Of a DNA stretch of 11,396 nt, positions 1 to 7,503 are shown piece by piece. This stretch comes from Microthrixaceae bacterium (GTDB lineage: Bacteria; Actinomycetota; Acidimicrobiia; Acidimicrobiales; VFJN01). A program made the translations under genes and the position numbers. The notes below the pieces were generated by a model. It was not told the origin of the DNA. It saw only the letters and a list, made by a program, of their open reading frames with translations, and searched no databases. Position 1 is the first letter of the stretch. Each line of letters begins with the position of its first letter. The stretch lies in contig JBQTHC010000103.1 of assembly GCA_052390255.1 (NCBI GenBank), forward strand, positions 1-11,396. Reading direction: 5' to 3'.

Positions 1-638
1 GGGTCCACGCCAGGGGTGGCGTTGGATCCCACGACATCGAGATGACCGTCACCATCGACATCGGCAACCACCCACGCCCCGCCGATCTCAACCGGAAGCG
101 CGATCGGCGCACCGAGGCCACCCAACCCGTCGCCGAGACGTACCGATCGCTGCGTGATCGCGTCGAGCGAACCGTCCTCGTTCACATCCGCCAGGTCGAC
201 GATGCTGTGGTTGTCTGGGTAGTCGACCTGCGATCCGAACCCGCCCGCGCCGTCACCACGCAGCACCGACAGACCGACGCCCCCCGATGCATCGCTCGCG
301 ACGAGGTCCGGGAAGCCATCCGCATCCAGGTCGCCCACCGCCACCGCCGTCTTGTCGCCGTCACCGAAGCCGGTCCTGGCTCCGAATCCGCCGAGTCCGT
401 CGCCGAGCAGGACAGAAACAGCCCAGGGGTCGGACCGTTCTGCTGCGACCATGTCGAGGATCGAGTCGCTGTTCACATCGGCGAGCACGACGGAGTACGG
501 GTAGGTGCCTGCGGCAAAGGTGGTCGGCGGTCCGAACATCGCCGGCGGCGCCTCGGCTCCCAGAGGTGGCGCCAGTGAGACGACCGTGCACACCGCCAGA
601 AGGGAGAACATGGTCCCGCGACGACGCCCCCTGCCCAT
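1..638 (-). CDS. Secreted FG-GAP (integrin-alpha/VCBS-like beta-propeller) repeat protein. The N-terminal ~212 aa are in the window and the gene continues past the window start.
   Basis: I reverse-complemented 1..638 by hand and found an open frame with no stop. It begins at the ATG at 638..636, preceded by GGGGGAA 7-13 nt upstream. The N-terminus MGRGRRRGTMFSLLAVCTVVSLAPPLGAEA has a basic n-region, a hydrophobic core and an AxA site, so it reads as a Sec signal peptide. At least four ~50-aa repeats follow, each with F/Y..G..P...V..(A)D(V/L)(N/D)xDGxxD(L/I/V)V and Gly-rich G-D-G-x-G-G-F-G turns (DVNSDSILD, DLDADGFPD, DVNEDGSLD, DVDGDGHLD). These are the Ca2+-binding DxDxDG loops typical of FG-GAP blades. 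It is absent from the ORF track because no stop lies inside the window. Plus-strand ORF 42..578 is its antisense artefact. Confidence 0.72.
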   Translation of the reverse strand, partial: MGRGRRRGTMFSLLAVCTVVSLAPPLGAEAPPAMFGPPTTFAAGTYPYSVVLADVNSDSILDMVAAERSDPWAVSVLLGDGLGGFGARTGFGDGDKTAVAVGDLDADGFPDLVASDASGGVGLSVLRGDGAGGFGSQVDYPDNHSIVDLADVNEDGSLDAITQRSVRLGDGLGGLGAPIALPVEIGGAWVVADVDGDGHLDVVGSNATPGVD

Positions 639-753
639 GGCGTGTTCCCCCGATGACTGCTGCGACGAAGAGTGTGGGCCGCGACCCTAGCCGCGGCAGC
701 CCGAAACGACTTGGGCAGTGTGCGCGCGGTCGACGCCGTTAGTGTGCGCGGCG
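639..753. promoter_or_regulatory. Divergent intergenic/promoter region between the FG-GAP gene and the P450 gene. It contains three direct copies of AGTGTG(C/G)GC.
   Basis: AGTGTGGGCC lies at 671-680, AGTGTGCGCG at 717-726 and AGTGTGCGCG at 741-750, giving start-to-start spacings of 46 and 24 bp. The last copy ends 3 nt before the P450 ATG. There is no obvious -10/-35 pair. The repeats were identified by eye only. Confidence 0.3.
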
Positions 754-1971
754 ATGACGGACTCGGAGCCTGCTCACGTCTTCGATCCGCTTGCGCCGAC
801 GACCGAGGTGCCACACGACGAGCTTGGACGGCTGCGGCGCGCCTGCCCGATCTCGCAGACCCCGAACGGGACCTGGTACCTCGCTCGTCATGCCGACGTG
901 GTCGCCGCGAGTCGCGACGTCGAGCGCATCGAGTCGGCCTTCCTCGCACCCGACGATGCGGACATCGACACGCAGTTCCTGCCGTTCATCAGCGAGCCAG
1001 AGCACGGCCGCGTCCGCCGCGTGATCAACGCGGCGATCGCGGCGCATCGGCTGAGTCGCATCGAGCCGCCCCTCCGAGCGCTGTGTGAGCGGCTGGTCGA
1101 CCAGGTTGTCGGCGTCGGACAGGGCGATCTCGGCGAGACCTACATCTCGCCGATTCCCGCCGCGGGGATCGGCTATCTCCTCGGCCTCCCAGACGACGAG
1201 CAACCCCGCTTCATCGAGTGGGCGCACGGACTGTTCGGTGGCTCGGTCCTCGGCGACGCGGAGAGCGCGCGGCGAAGCCGTCAGGCGATGAAGGAGATCT
1301 CGGCATACCTCGATCACGAGATCGCGGCGCGCCTGGAGTCCGAGGACCCACCCGACGACTTCATCACCCGCCTCGTCGGCACGGAGGTCGCGGGCATCCG
1401 CCTCTCCCCGATCGCGTCACGAACGCAGCTCATCTTCCTGCTCGTCGCCGGCACCGAGACCACCCGCAACCTGCTCGCGAACTCCATCTTGCGGCTCGCC
1501 TCGCAACCCGAGCTGTTCGACAGGCTGCGGGCGGAACGTGGGGACCTGGTCCCGTTCATCGAAGAGTCCTTGCGCGTGGACCCTCCGCTGACCTACCTGC
1601 TGCGCCAGTGCACTGAGGACGTGCGCATCGACGACACCGACTTGGGCGCAGGCACGACCGTCGCGTTCGGACTCGCCGCCGCGAACCGCGACGAGCAGGT
1701 GTTCGACCGACCCGACGAGTTCGATCTTCGGCGGCCCAACGTCCGCAGCCACCTCGCGTTCGGCGATGGACCGCACATCTGCCCTGGTGCCGCGCTCGCG
1801 CGCCTCGAGGCACGCGTTGCGATCGAGGTCCTGCTCGAGCGTGTGCAGACCATGACGCTCGATCCGTCGTTCCGATACGAGAAGACGCCAGTTCCGTTCA
1901 CGAACGGTCCCGTGTCGCTTCCGGTCCATGTGACCCCGCTCGACGCGCGCAGGTCGACGGCCCCGTCCTGA
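754..1971 (+). CDS. Cytochrome P450 monooxygenase
   Basis: The heme-thiolate loop FGDGPHICPGAALARLE matches FxxGxHxCxG. The I-helix motif is AGTETT, the K-helix ExxR is EESLRVDPP, and there is an N-terminal FDPLAP...W-Y-ARH-DV region. I took the ATG at 754 (MTDSEPAHVFDPL...) as the start. The in-frame GTG at 718 used by the ORF track lies inside the upstream direct repeat and adds 12 non-conserved residues. Stop TGA at 1969-1971. Confidence 0.9.
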   Translation: MTDSEPAHVFDPLAPTTEVPHDELGRLRRACPISQTPNGTWYLARHADVVAASRDVERIESAFLAPDDADIDTQFLPFISEPEHGRVRRVINAAIAAHRLSRIEPPLRALCERLVDQVVGVGQGDLGETYISPIPAAGIGYLLGLPDDEQPRFIEWAHGLFGGSVLGDAESARRSRQAMKEISAYLDHEIAARLESEDPPDDFITRLVGTEVAGIRLSPIASRTQLIFLLVAGTETTRNLLANSILRLASQPELFDRLRAERGDLVPFIEESLRVDPPLTYLLRQCTEDVRIDDTDLGAGTTVAFGLAAANRDEQVFDRPDEFDLRRPNVRSHLAFGDGPHICPGAALARLEARVAIEVLLERVQTMTLDPSFRYEKTPVPFTNGPVSLPVHVTPLDARRSTAPS

Positions 1972-1972
1972 G

Positions 1973-4207
1973 CTAGCCGCCTTGGCCGGGCACGACGCGG
2001 TACGCGTCGTAGACGCTGTCGATCCCGCGCAGCGTCGAGAGCAGCGAGTCGAGGTGGCCGGGGTCGGCAAGCTCGAACTCGAAGCGCATCTTGGAGACCC
2101 GATCAGGGCCGGTGTGCGTCGTGGCGCTGAGGATGTTCACGTGGTGGTCACTCATCGACGACGCCACGTCTCGCAAGAGGCGGCCTCGGTCGAGCGCCTT
2201 GACCTCGATCGTGGCCACGAAGGTGCCGTCGTGGGACTCGTCCCACTCGACATCGATCAACCGATCGGACTGACCAGACGCCAGCGAGACCGCGTTCGCG
2301 CAGTCGGCACGATGGACCGACACACCACGGCCCCGCGTGACGAACCCGAGGATCTCGTCGCCCGGAACCGGAGTGCAGCACCTCGACAAGCGCACCATCA
2401 GGTCGTCGAGACCCTCCACATGGACGCCTGCCGGCGGGCGCTTGCGCGAACCAGGACGGCGCGGCTGGCGAACGGTGGTGGGGAGCACCTCGTCCTCTGC
2501 GTTGGAGGGGTCGACCTCTCGCATCGTGCGTGCGACCCGTGCGGCGATCGCCTTGCCGGACACGTGGTTCTCGCCGACCGCGGCATAGAGAGCGTCGAGA
2601 TCCGCGTAGTTGAGCTCCTTCGCCACGTCGTGCAGCAGGTTGCCCTGCGCGATCTTCTGGACGGGCAGCCCCTCGCGGCGCAGCGCCTTGACCAGCTCGT
2701 CACGCCCGTTGTCGACCGCATCCTCGCGACGCTCCCGCGAGAACCACTGACGGATCTTGGACGCAGCGCGCGGCGTGGCCACGATGTGCAGCCAGTCGCG
2801 CGACGGCCCAGCGCCTTCGACCTTCGAGGTGAAGATCTCCACCGTGTCCCCGGATGACAGCTTGGAGTCGAGGGAGATGAGCCGCCCGTTCACCCGCGCA
2901 CCGATGCACGCGTGACCGACCTCGGTGTGGATCGCGTACGCGAAGTCGATCGGCGTCGCCCCCGCGGCGAGCGCGATGACCTGACCCTTCGGGGTGAAGA
3001 CGAAGACCTCGTCCTGCTCGAGGTCGATCTTCAGGTTGTTCATGAACTCGTTGGGGTCCGAGGTCTCGGACTGCCAGTCGATGATGCGGTTCAGCCAGGC
3101 GACGTCGGCCGCGTCGACCCCGGTCTGGTCCTTGTACTGCCAGTGGGCCGCCACCCCTTGCTCCGCGCGGGTGTGCATCTCCCACGTGCGGATCTGCACC
3201 TCGAGCGGCTTGCCCTGCGGACCGACCACCGTGGTGTGGAGCGACTGGTAGAGGTTGAACTTCGGCATCGCCACGTAGTCCTTGAAGCGGCCCTGCACCG
3301 GCTTCCAGGTGGCGTGGATCGACCCGAGCGCGGCGTAGCAGTCCTTCACCGAGTCGACGATGACGCGGATCCCCACGAGGTCGAAGATGTCGTCGAACTC
3401 GCGCCCCTTGGCGACCATCTTCTCGTAGATGGAGTAGAGGTGCTTCGGCCGGCCGGTCACCTCGGCGTTGATGCGAAGCTCCGCGAGCCGCTCGCGCACC
3501 TGCTCGAGGACCTGAGCGAGGTAGAGATCCCGCTCAGGGCTGCGCGTGGACACCATGTGGTCGATCTCGGCGTAGCGCTTCGGGTGCATCGCGGCGAACG
3601 ACAGGTCTTCCAGCTCCTGTCGCATCTCCTGCATCCCGAGGCGATGTGCGAGGGGCGCGTAGATGTCGAGCGTCTCGCGGGCCGTGCGCTCCTGCTTCCA
3701 GGCCGGCATCGCTGCGATCGTGCGCATGTTGTGCAGCCGGTCGGAGAGCTTGATGATCAGGACGCGGAGGTCCTTGGCCATCGCGACGAGCATCTTGCGC
3801 ATCGAAGCCGCCTGCTGGGCCTCCTTCGTGTCGAACTTGATCCGGTCCAGCTTGGTGACGCCGTCGACGATGGCGGTCACGTCGGCACCGAAGCCGTCCT
3901 CGAGCGTGTCGAGCGTCAGCCCCGTGTCCTCCACGGCGTCGTGGAGGAGAGCGGCCGCGATCGTGACGTCGTCGAGGCCCAGGTCCGCGACGATTCGTGC
4001 GACGGCGAGGGGGTGCTGGATGTACGGCTCTCCCGAGCGGCGCGACTGACCCCGGTGAGCATCCGCGGCCGCGAGGTAGGCCTGGGTGATCAGCGCGGTC
4101 GGCGACTTGGGGTGGCGAGCGCGATACGCACCCAGCACGGGGGCGACCTCGTCCGCCGGGGGGCGCTCGTTGCGCCGCCAGGGCAGGACCCGGTCGACCG
4201 TGGGCAT
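1973..4207 (-). CDS. rel: Bifunctional (p)ppGpp synthetase/hydrolase Rel (RelA/SpoT family)
   Basis: 744 aa. The HD hydrolase motif is HPLAVARIVADLG...LLHDAVEDTG. The synthetase region RPKHLYSIYEKM...DLVGIRVI contains the RFKDY motif typical of bifunctional Rel/SpoT. The TGS region is FVFTPKGQVIALAAGATPIDFAYAIHTEVG...GARVNG, and the C-terminal ACT region is IEVKALDRGRLLRDV...SVYDAYRV. It is collinear with mycobacterial and streptomycete Rel along its whole length. ATG at 4207-4205, stop TAG at 1975-1973. Confidence 0.95.
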   Translation of the reverse strand: MPTVDRVLPWRRNERPPADEVAPVLGAYRARHPKSPTALITQAYLAAADAHRGQSRRSGEPYIQHPLAVARIVADLGLDDVTIAAALLHDAVEDTGLTLDTLEDGFGADVTAIVDGVTKLDRIKFDTKEAQQAASMRKMLVAMAKDLRVLIIKLSDRLHNMRTIAAMPAWKQERTARETLDIYAPLAHRLGMQEMRQELEDLSFAAMHPKRYAEIDHMVSTRSPERDLYLAQVLEQVRERLAELRINAEVTGRPKHLYSIYEKMVAKGREFDDIFDLVGIRVIVDSVKDCYAALGSIHATWKPVQGRFKDYVAMPKFNLYQSLHTTVVGPQGKPLEVQIRTWEMHTRAEQGVAAHWQYKDQTGVDAADVAWLNRIIDWQSETSDPNEFMNNLKIDLEQDEVFVFTPKGQVIALAAGATPIDFAYAIHTEVGHACIGARVNGRLISLDSKLSSGDTVEIFTSKVEGAGPSRDWLHIVATPRAASKIRQWFSRERREDAVDNGRDELVKALRREGLPVQKIAQGNLLHDVAKELNYADLDALYAAVGENHVSGKAIAARVARTMREVDPSNAEDEVLPTTVRQPRRPGSRKRPPAGVHVEGLDDLMVRLSRCCTPVPGDEILGFVTRGRGVSVHRADCANAVSLASGQSDRLIDVEWDESHDGTFVATIEVKALDRGRLLRDVASSMSDHHVNILSATTHTGPDRVSKMRFEFELADPGHLDSLLSTLRGIDSVYDAYRVVPGQGG

Positions 4208-4335
4208 GGACTCAGGCTACTGACCGGGTCGGTGACCTGACCGCCTCACCTCGCCGCCGCTGCCGCCCCCGAGGTCTGGTTACGCTCGCCCCACTTCACG
4301 CGGCTGATCGACCGGCCCGCAGAAACGAGGCAGAG
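4208..4335. promoter_or_regulatory. Divergent intergenic region between rel (-) and the flotillin-like gene (+). It contains three TGACC direct repeats.
   Basis: The region is 128 bp. ctGACCgggtcggTGACCTGACCgcc lies at 4219-4244, with TGACC at 4221, 4233 and 4238. A GAGG Shine-Dalgarno sequence (aaacGAGGcagagATG) sits 6-9 nt before the 4336 ATG. No promoter hexamers can be assigned with confidence. Confidence 0.3.
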
Positions 4336-6372
4336 ATGGATCTCACCGTCGGCATCACCCTGGGGGCGGCCGTACTCGTCGGAGTCGTGCTGCTGATGTC
4401 GGTGCACCGCATCGGCCCGTCCGAGGTGGGGCTGGTGATCAAGAAGCTGGGCCTGAAGAAGCTCCATGAGGACAACCCGATCGCGTTCCACGGCGAGGCG
4501 GGCTACCAGGCACAGCTGCTCATGCCGGGCTTGCGCTTCCGCCTGTGGCCCGTGTTCTCGGTGAGTCGCTTCCCGTGGGTGCAGGTCCCAGCCGGGGAGA
4601 CCGGCGTGGTGATCGCACAGGTCGGCGCACCTCTGCCGATCGGCAACAAGAGCGCCGTCTACAAGGCAGAGTTCGGGAACTTCTCCGACGTGGGCGCCTT
4701 CATCAACCAGGGCGGCGAAAAGGGTGTGCAGCGCCCGGTGCTGCCGCCCGGGACGCTCGTGCCGATCCATCCGGTGGGCTTCGTCGTCGTCACCTCCCGC
4801 GAGGTGTTCGGCCTCCCTGTGTCACCCGAGCTGGCGACGCTGGGGCGCGGCGGCAAGCTGACCCCGCAGTCCTTCGGCCTGACCGCAGACCAGCTGCGCG
4901 TCGTGGTGATCGCGCCGGAGGGTGGCACCGATGTCATCGGGCTCGTCACGACGCTCGAGGGAGCGCCGCTCGACAAGGGCGACATCGCCTCGAGGCTCGG
5001 CAGCTTCGACGACGTGGCCGCGCTCGAGGCAGACGATGGCACCGTCACCGACGCCGAGCTGATCGACCTGCTGCTCGGGTCGAAGAACGTCCTCCACAAC
5101 AACTACCAGGACTTCCAGGCGTTCATCGACGCTGGCGGGCGCATCGGGCTCCAGCACGACCCGCTGCTCTACGGCGCGTACCTCCTCAACCCGTTTCTCG
5201 TTCGCGTCGAGCTCGTGCCCATGCTCGTGGTGAACCAGGGTGAGGTCGCGGTGATCAAGGGCTTCGTCGGCCTGCCGACCCTCGACACGTCCGGCGTCGA
5301 GTTCAAGTTCGGCTCGATCGTGCGACCCGGCCACCGCGGCATCTGGCAGGAGCCGCTGCGGACCGGCAAGTACGCGATCAACCCGCGCGTCTACGCCGCG
5401 GAGATCGTCCCGACGTTCATCCTCACGCTCAACTGGGCCAACGCCACGAGCGAGGCGCACGATCTCGATGCACGTCTCGAGTCGATCGTCGGCAAGAGCC
5501 GCGAGGGGTTCGTCTTCACGATCGACCTCCAGGTGCAGATCCACGTGTCCGACACCAAGGCACCCAAGGTCATCTCGATGGTCGGCACGATGGTCAACCT
5601 CGTGAGCGAGGTGCTGCAGTCGGCGGTGGGCAACCACTTCCGGAACACGCTGCAGGACCTGGAGGCGGTCCGGTTCATCGAGACCCGCCAAGAGGTCCAG
5701 CGCTCGGCGTTCTCCGCGGTGAGCGAGTACCTGACCGCCTACGAGGTGGAGACCCGCGGGGTCTACATCCAGGACGTCGTGTTCCCTGACGAGCTCGTCG
5801 AGGTGCTGACCCGTCGCGAGATCGCCAACCAGGAGCGCAGCACCTACGTCGAGCAGGAGCGCGCGGAGACGGCCCGCATCGAGGTGGAGAAGGCGCGTGG
5901 CACCGCCAACATGCAGGCCGAGCTCGCGACGGCCCAGGTGTCAGTCGACATCAGTGCGAACCAGGCACAGGCTCGCGAGCAGGAGGCCACCGGTGAGGCG
6001 GCCTATGTGCGACTGACAGGTCAGGCCGAGGCCGACCGAACTCAGGCGCTCGGCCTGGCTGAGGCCAAGGCCACCGAGGCGATCGGTCTCGCGAAGGCGA
6101 CGGGCTTCGACGCGCAGCGCGCCGCGATCGGCGAGGTGGCGACCGCGCTCGTGGCGGTGGCCGGCGCCGTTGCCGACGGCCAGATCGACATCATGCCCGA
6201 CGTGCTCGTGACGGGAGGCGGTGGCTCCTTCGAGGGCTTGGCGGCCACGCTCATGCAGCTCGTGCGCGGCCAGCTGCCCTCGGCGACCCCGACCATCACG
6301 GCACCGATCGACGCCTACGAGGAGCCAGTCAGCGCGGAAGAGGAGCCCGTGGAAGGCGAACCCGCTCCCTGA
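4336..6372 (+). CDS. Flotillin-family (SPFH/band-7) membrane protein with an extra N-terminal SPFH-like module
   Basis: 678 aa. An N-terminal hydrophobic anchor (LTVGITLGAAVLVGVVLLMSV) is followed by an extra beta-rich module at aa ~29-300. A canonical SPFH domain at aa ~302-490 (GEVAVIKGFVGLPTL...VYIQDVVFPDEL) aligns with B. subtilis FloT/YuaG. Then comes a flotillin-type Ala/Glu-rich coiled coil (ERAETARIEVEKARG...EAKATEAIGLAKATGFDAQRAAIGE), a GGGG segment and an acidic tail. Good RBS. Stop TGA at 6370-6372. Confidence 0.82.
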   Translation: MDLTVGITLGAAVLVGVVLLMSVHRIGPSEVGLVIKKLGLKKLHEDNPIAFHGEAGYQAQLLMPGLRFRLWPVFSVSRFPWVQVPAGETGVVIAQVGAPLPIGNKSAVYKAEFGNFSDVGAFINQGGEKGVQRPVLPPGTLVPIHPVGFVVVTSREVFGLPVSPELATLGRGGKLTPQSFGLTADQLRVVVIAPEGGTDVIGLVTTLEGAPLDKGDIASRLGSFDDVAALEADDGTVTDAELIDLLLGSKNVLHNNYQDFQAFIDAGGRIGLQHDPLLYGAYLLNPFLVRVELVPMLVVNQGEVAVIKGFVGLPTLDTSGVEFKFGSIVRPGHRGIWQEPLRTGKYAINPRVYAAEIVPTFILTLNWANATSEAHDLDARLESIVGKSREGFVFTIDLQVQIHVSDTKAPKVISMVGTMVNLVSEVLQSAVGNHFRNTLQDLEAVRFIETRQEVQRSAFSAVSEYLTAYEVETRGVYIQDVVFPDELVEVLTRREIANQERSTYVEQERAETARIEVEKARGTANMQAELATAQVSVDISANQAQAREQEATGEAAYVRLTGQAEADRTQALGLAEAKATEAIGLAKATGFDAQRAAIGEVATALVAVAGAVADGQIDIMPDVLVTGGGGSFEGLAATLMQLVRGQLPSATPTITAPIDAYEEPVSAEEEPVEGEPAP

Positions 6373-6384
6373 CGCACGGGTCGG

Positions 6385-7503
6385 TCAGCGCTTCTTGCCC
6401 TTCTTGCGGGGTCGTGGAGGGATCTGGCGCCCGGACAAGGGCGGCGGCTCCCCGGCCGTCACGCGGCGAGATGCGGCGGCCGACTCGTCTCGAAGGTCTT
6501 CGGTCGCGGCGGACGTCGGGCCTTGGCGCCCCTCGAGCTTGATCCGGAGGTCGCGGAACCGCGGTTCGCGCTCCTTCAGCACCGCCAGGAGCGGCGAGGC
6601 GATGAAGATCGAGGAATAGGCGCCGGCGAACAGCCCGATCAGAAGGGCGAGCGCGAACTCCTGGAGCGTGGTGGCGCCGAGCACGAACGATCCGAGGACG
6701 AGCAGCGAGGCGACGGGCAGCAGTGCTGTGATCGAGGTGTTGAGCGAGCGCATCAGCACCTGGTTGAGGGACCGGTTGACCATCTCGCCGTAGGTCAGGT
6801 TGTGCGTGGTGCCGACGAGCTTCGAGTTCTCGTCGACCTTGTCGAACACCACGATGCCGTCATAGATGGAGAACCCGAGGATCGTGAGCAGGGCGATCAC
6901 GGTGGCGGGGGTCACCTCGAAGCCCGCGAGCGAGTACACCCCGATCGTCATCAGGACGTCGTGGATGAGCGCGATCAGGGTCGGGACCGCCATCTTGAAC
7001 TCGAAGCGGAACGAGATGTACAGCGTGATCGCCACGAGGAAGGTGATCAGCGCGCGCAGCGCCTTGCGACTGATCTCCTCCCCCCACGACGGCCCCACGG
7101 AGTTGAGGCTCACGTCGTTCACGTTCGATCCGGTGAGCTCCGCGAGCTTGGTGCTCACGGCCTCCGCCTCGCGCGTGCTCCCGAGCGGCTCGGCCTTCAC
7201 GCGGATCCGGGCGGTGCCCTCGGAGGTGAGGCTCTGGACGGTGGCGCCCTCGAGCCCCGCAGCGTCCATCGCGTCCTGCGCCTCAGAGACCGAGACGTCC
7301 CCGGCGGGCACCTCCCAGACCACGCCGCCCTCGAAGTCGATGCCGAGGTTGAGGCCGCGGAAGTACAACGAGACGAGGCCCGCCACGATGACGACCGCGC
7401 TGATGATCGCCCACCGCTTGATCTGGCGGACGAACTGGAAGTCGGTCTCGCCGTGGTACAGCCGGGAGAAGACCGAACCCCGCTCGATCGTCGGTGCGGT
7501 CAT
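6385..7503 (-). CDS. secF: Protein-export membrane protein SecF
   Basis: 372 aa when started at the ATG at 7503-7501. The sequence MTAPTIERGSVFSRLYHGETDFQFV...LGIDFEGGVVWEV...GPSWGEEISRKA...IHDVLMTIGVYSLAGFEV...SIYDGIVVFDKV matches the SecF family throughout and carries a basic C-terminal tail. The ORF-track frame 6385..8304 runs upstream over secD in another frame as Arg-rich non-protein sequence. The true start overlaps the secD stop as ATGA at 7500-7503. Confidence 0.9.
   Translation of the reverse strand: MTAPTIERGSVFSRLYHGETDFQFVRQIKRWAIISAVVIVAGLVSLYFRGLNLGIDFEGGVVWEVPAGDVSVSEAQDAMDAAGLEGATVQSLTSEGTARIRVKAEPLGSTREAEAVSTKLAELTGSNVNDVSLNSVGPSWGEEISRKALRALITFLVAITLYISFRFEFKMAVPTLIALIHDVLMTIGVYSLAGFEVTPATVIALLTILGFSIYDGIVVFDKVDENSKLVGTTHNLTYGEMVNRSLNQVLMRSLNTSITALLPVASLLVLGSFVLGATTLQEFALALLIGLFAGAYSSIFIASPLLAVLKEREPRFRDLRIKLEGRQGPTSAATEDLRDESAAASRRVTAGEPPPLSGRQIPPRPRKKGKKR

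Noticed and set aside
42-578. 178-aa plus-strand ORF in the first 600 bp
   Set aside because: It is the antisense reading of the FG-GAP repeat gene on the minus strand (1..638). Its translation is Arg/His-rich with no motifs, while the minus-strand frame gives a clean signal peptide plus four FG-GAP Ca-binding repeats.
718-753. GTG at 718 as the P450 start codon, as used by the ORF track
   Set aside because: It adds MCARSTPLVCAA, which is not P450-like. It lies inside the AGTGTGCGCG direct repeat of the promoter region. The ATG at 754 gives the typical MT...FDPLAP N-terminus. It remains possible, so it is noted as an alternative.
4545-5691. Alternative-frame and antisense ORFs inside the flotillin gene (232 aa on +, 289 aa on -)
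   Set aside because: Their translations are Arg/Asp-rich low-complexity sequence, as expected from off-frame readings of a high-GC3 gene. The in-frame flotillin translation has coherent TM, SPFH and coiled-coil architecture.
6348-6392. Possible bidirectional terminator hairpin in the 12-bp gap between the convergent flotillin and secF stops (cccgtg...cacggg; ctgac...gtcag)
   Set aside because: The stems are only 5-6 bp with 10-22 nt loops and no U-tract. This is not convincing as an intrinsic terminator, and such terminators are commonly absent in high-GC Actinobacteria.
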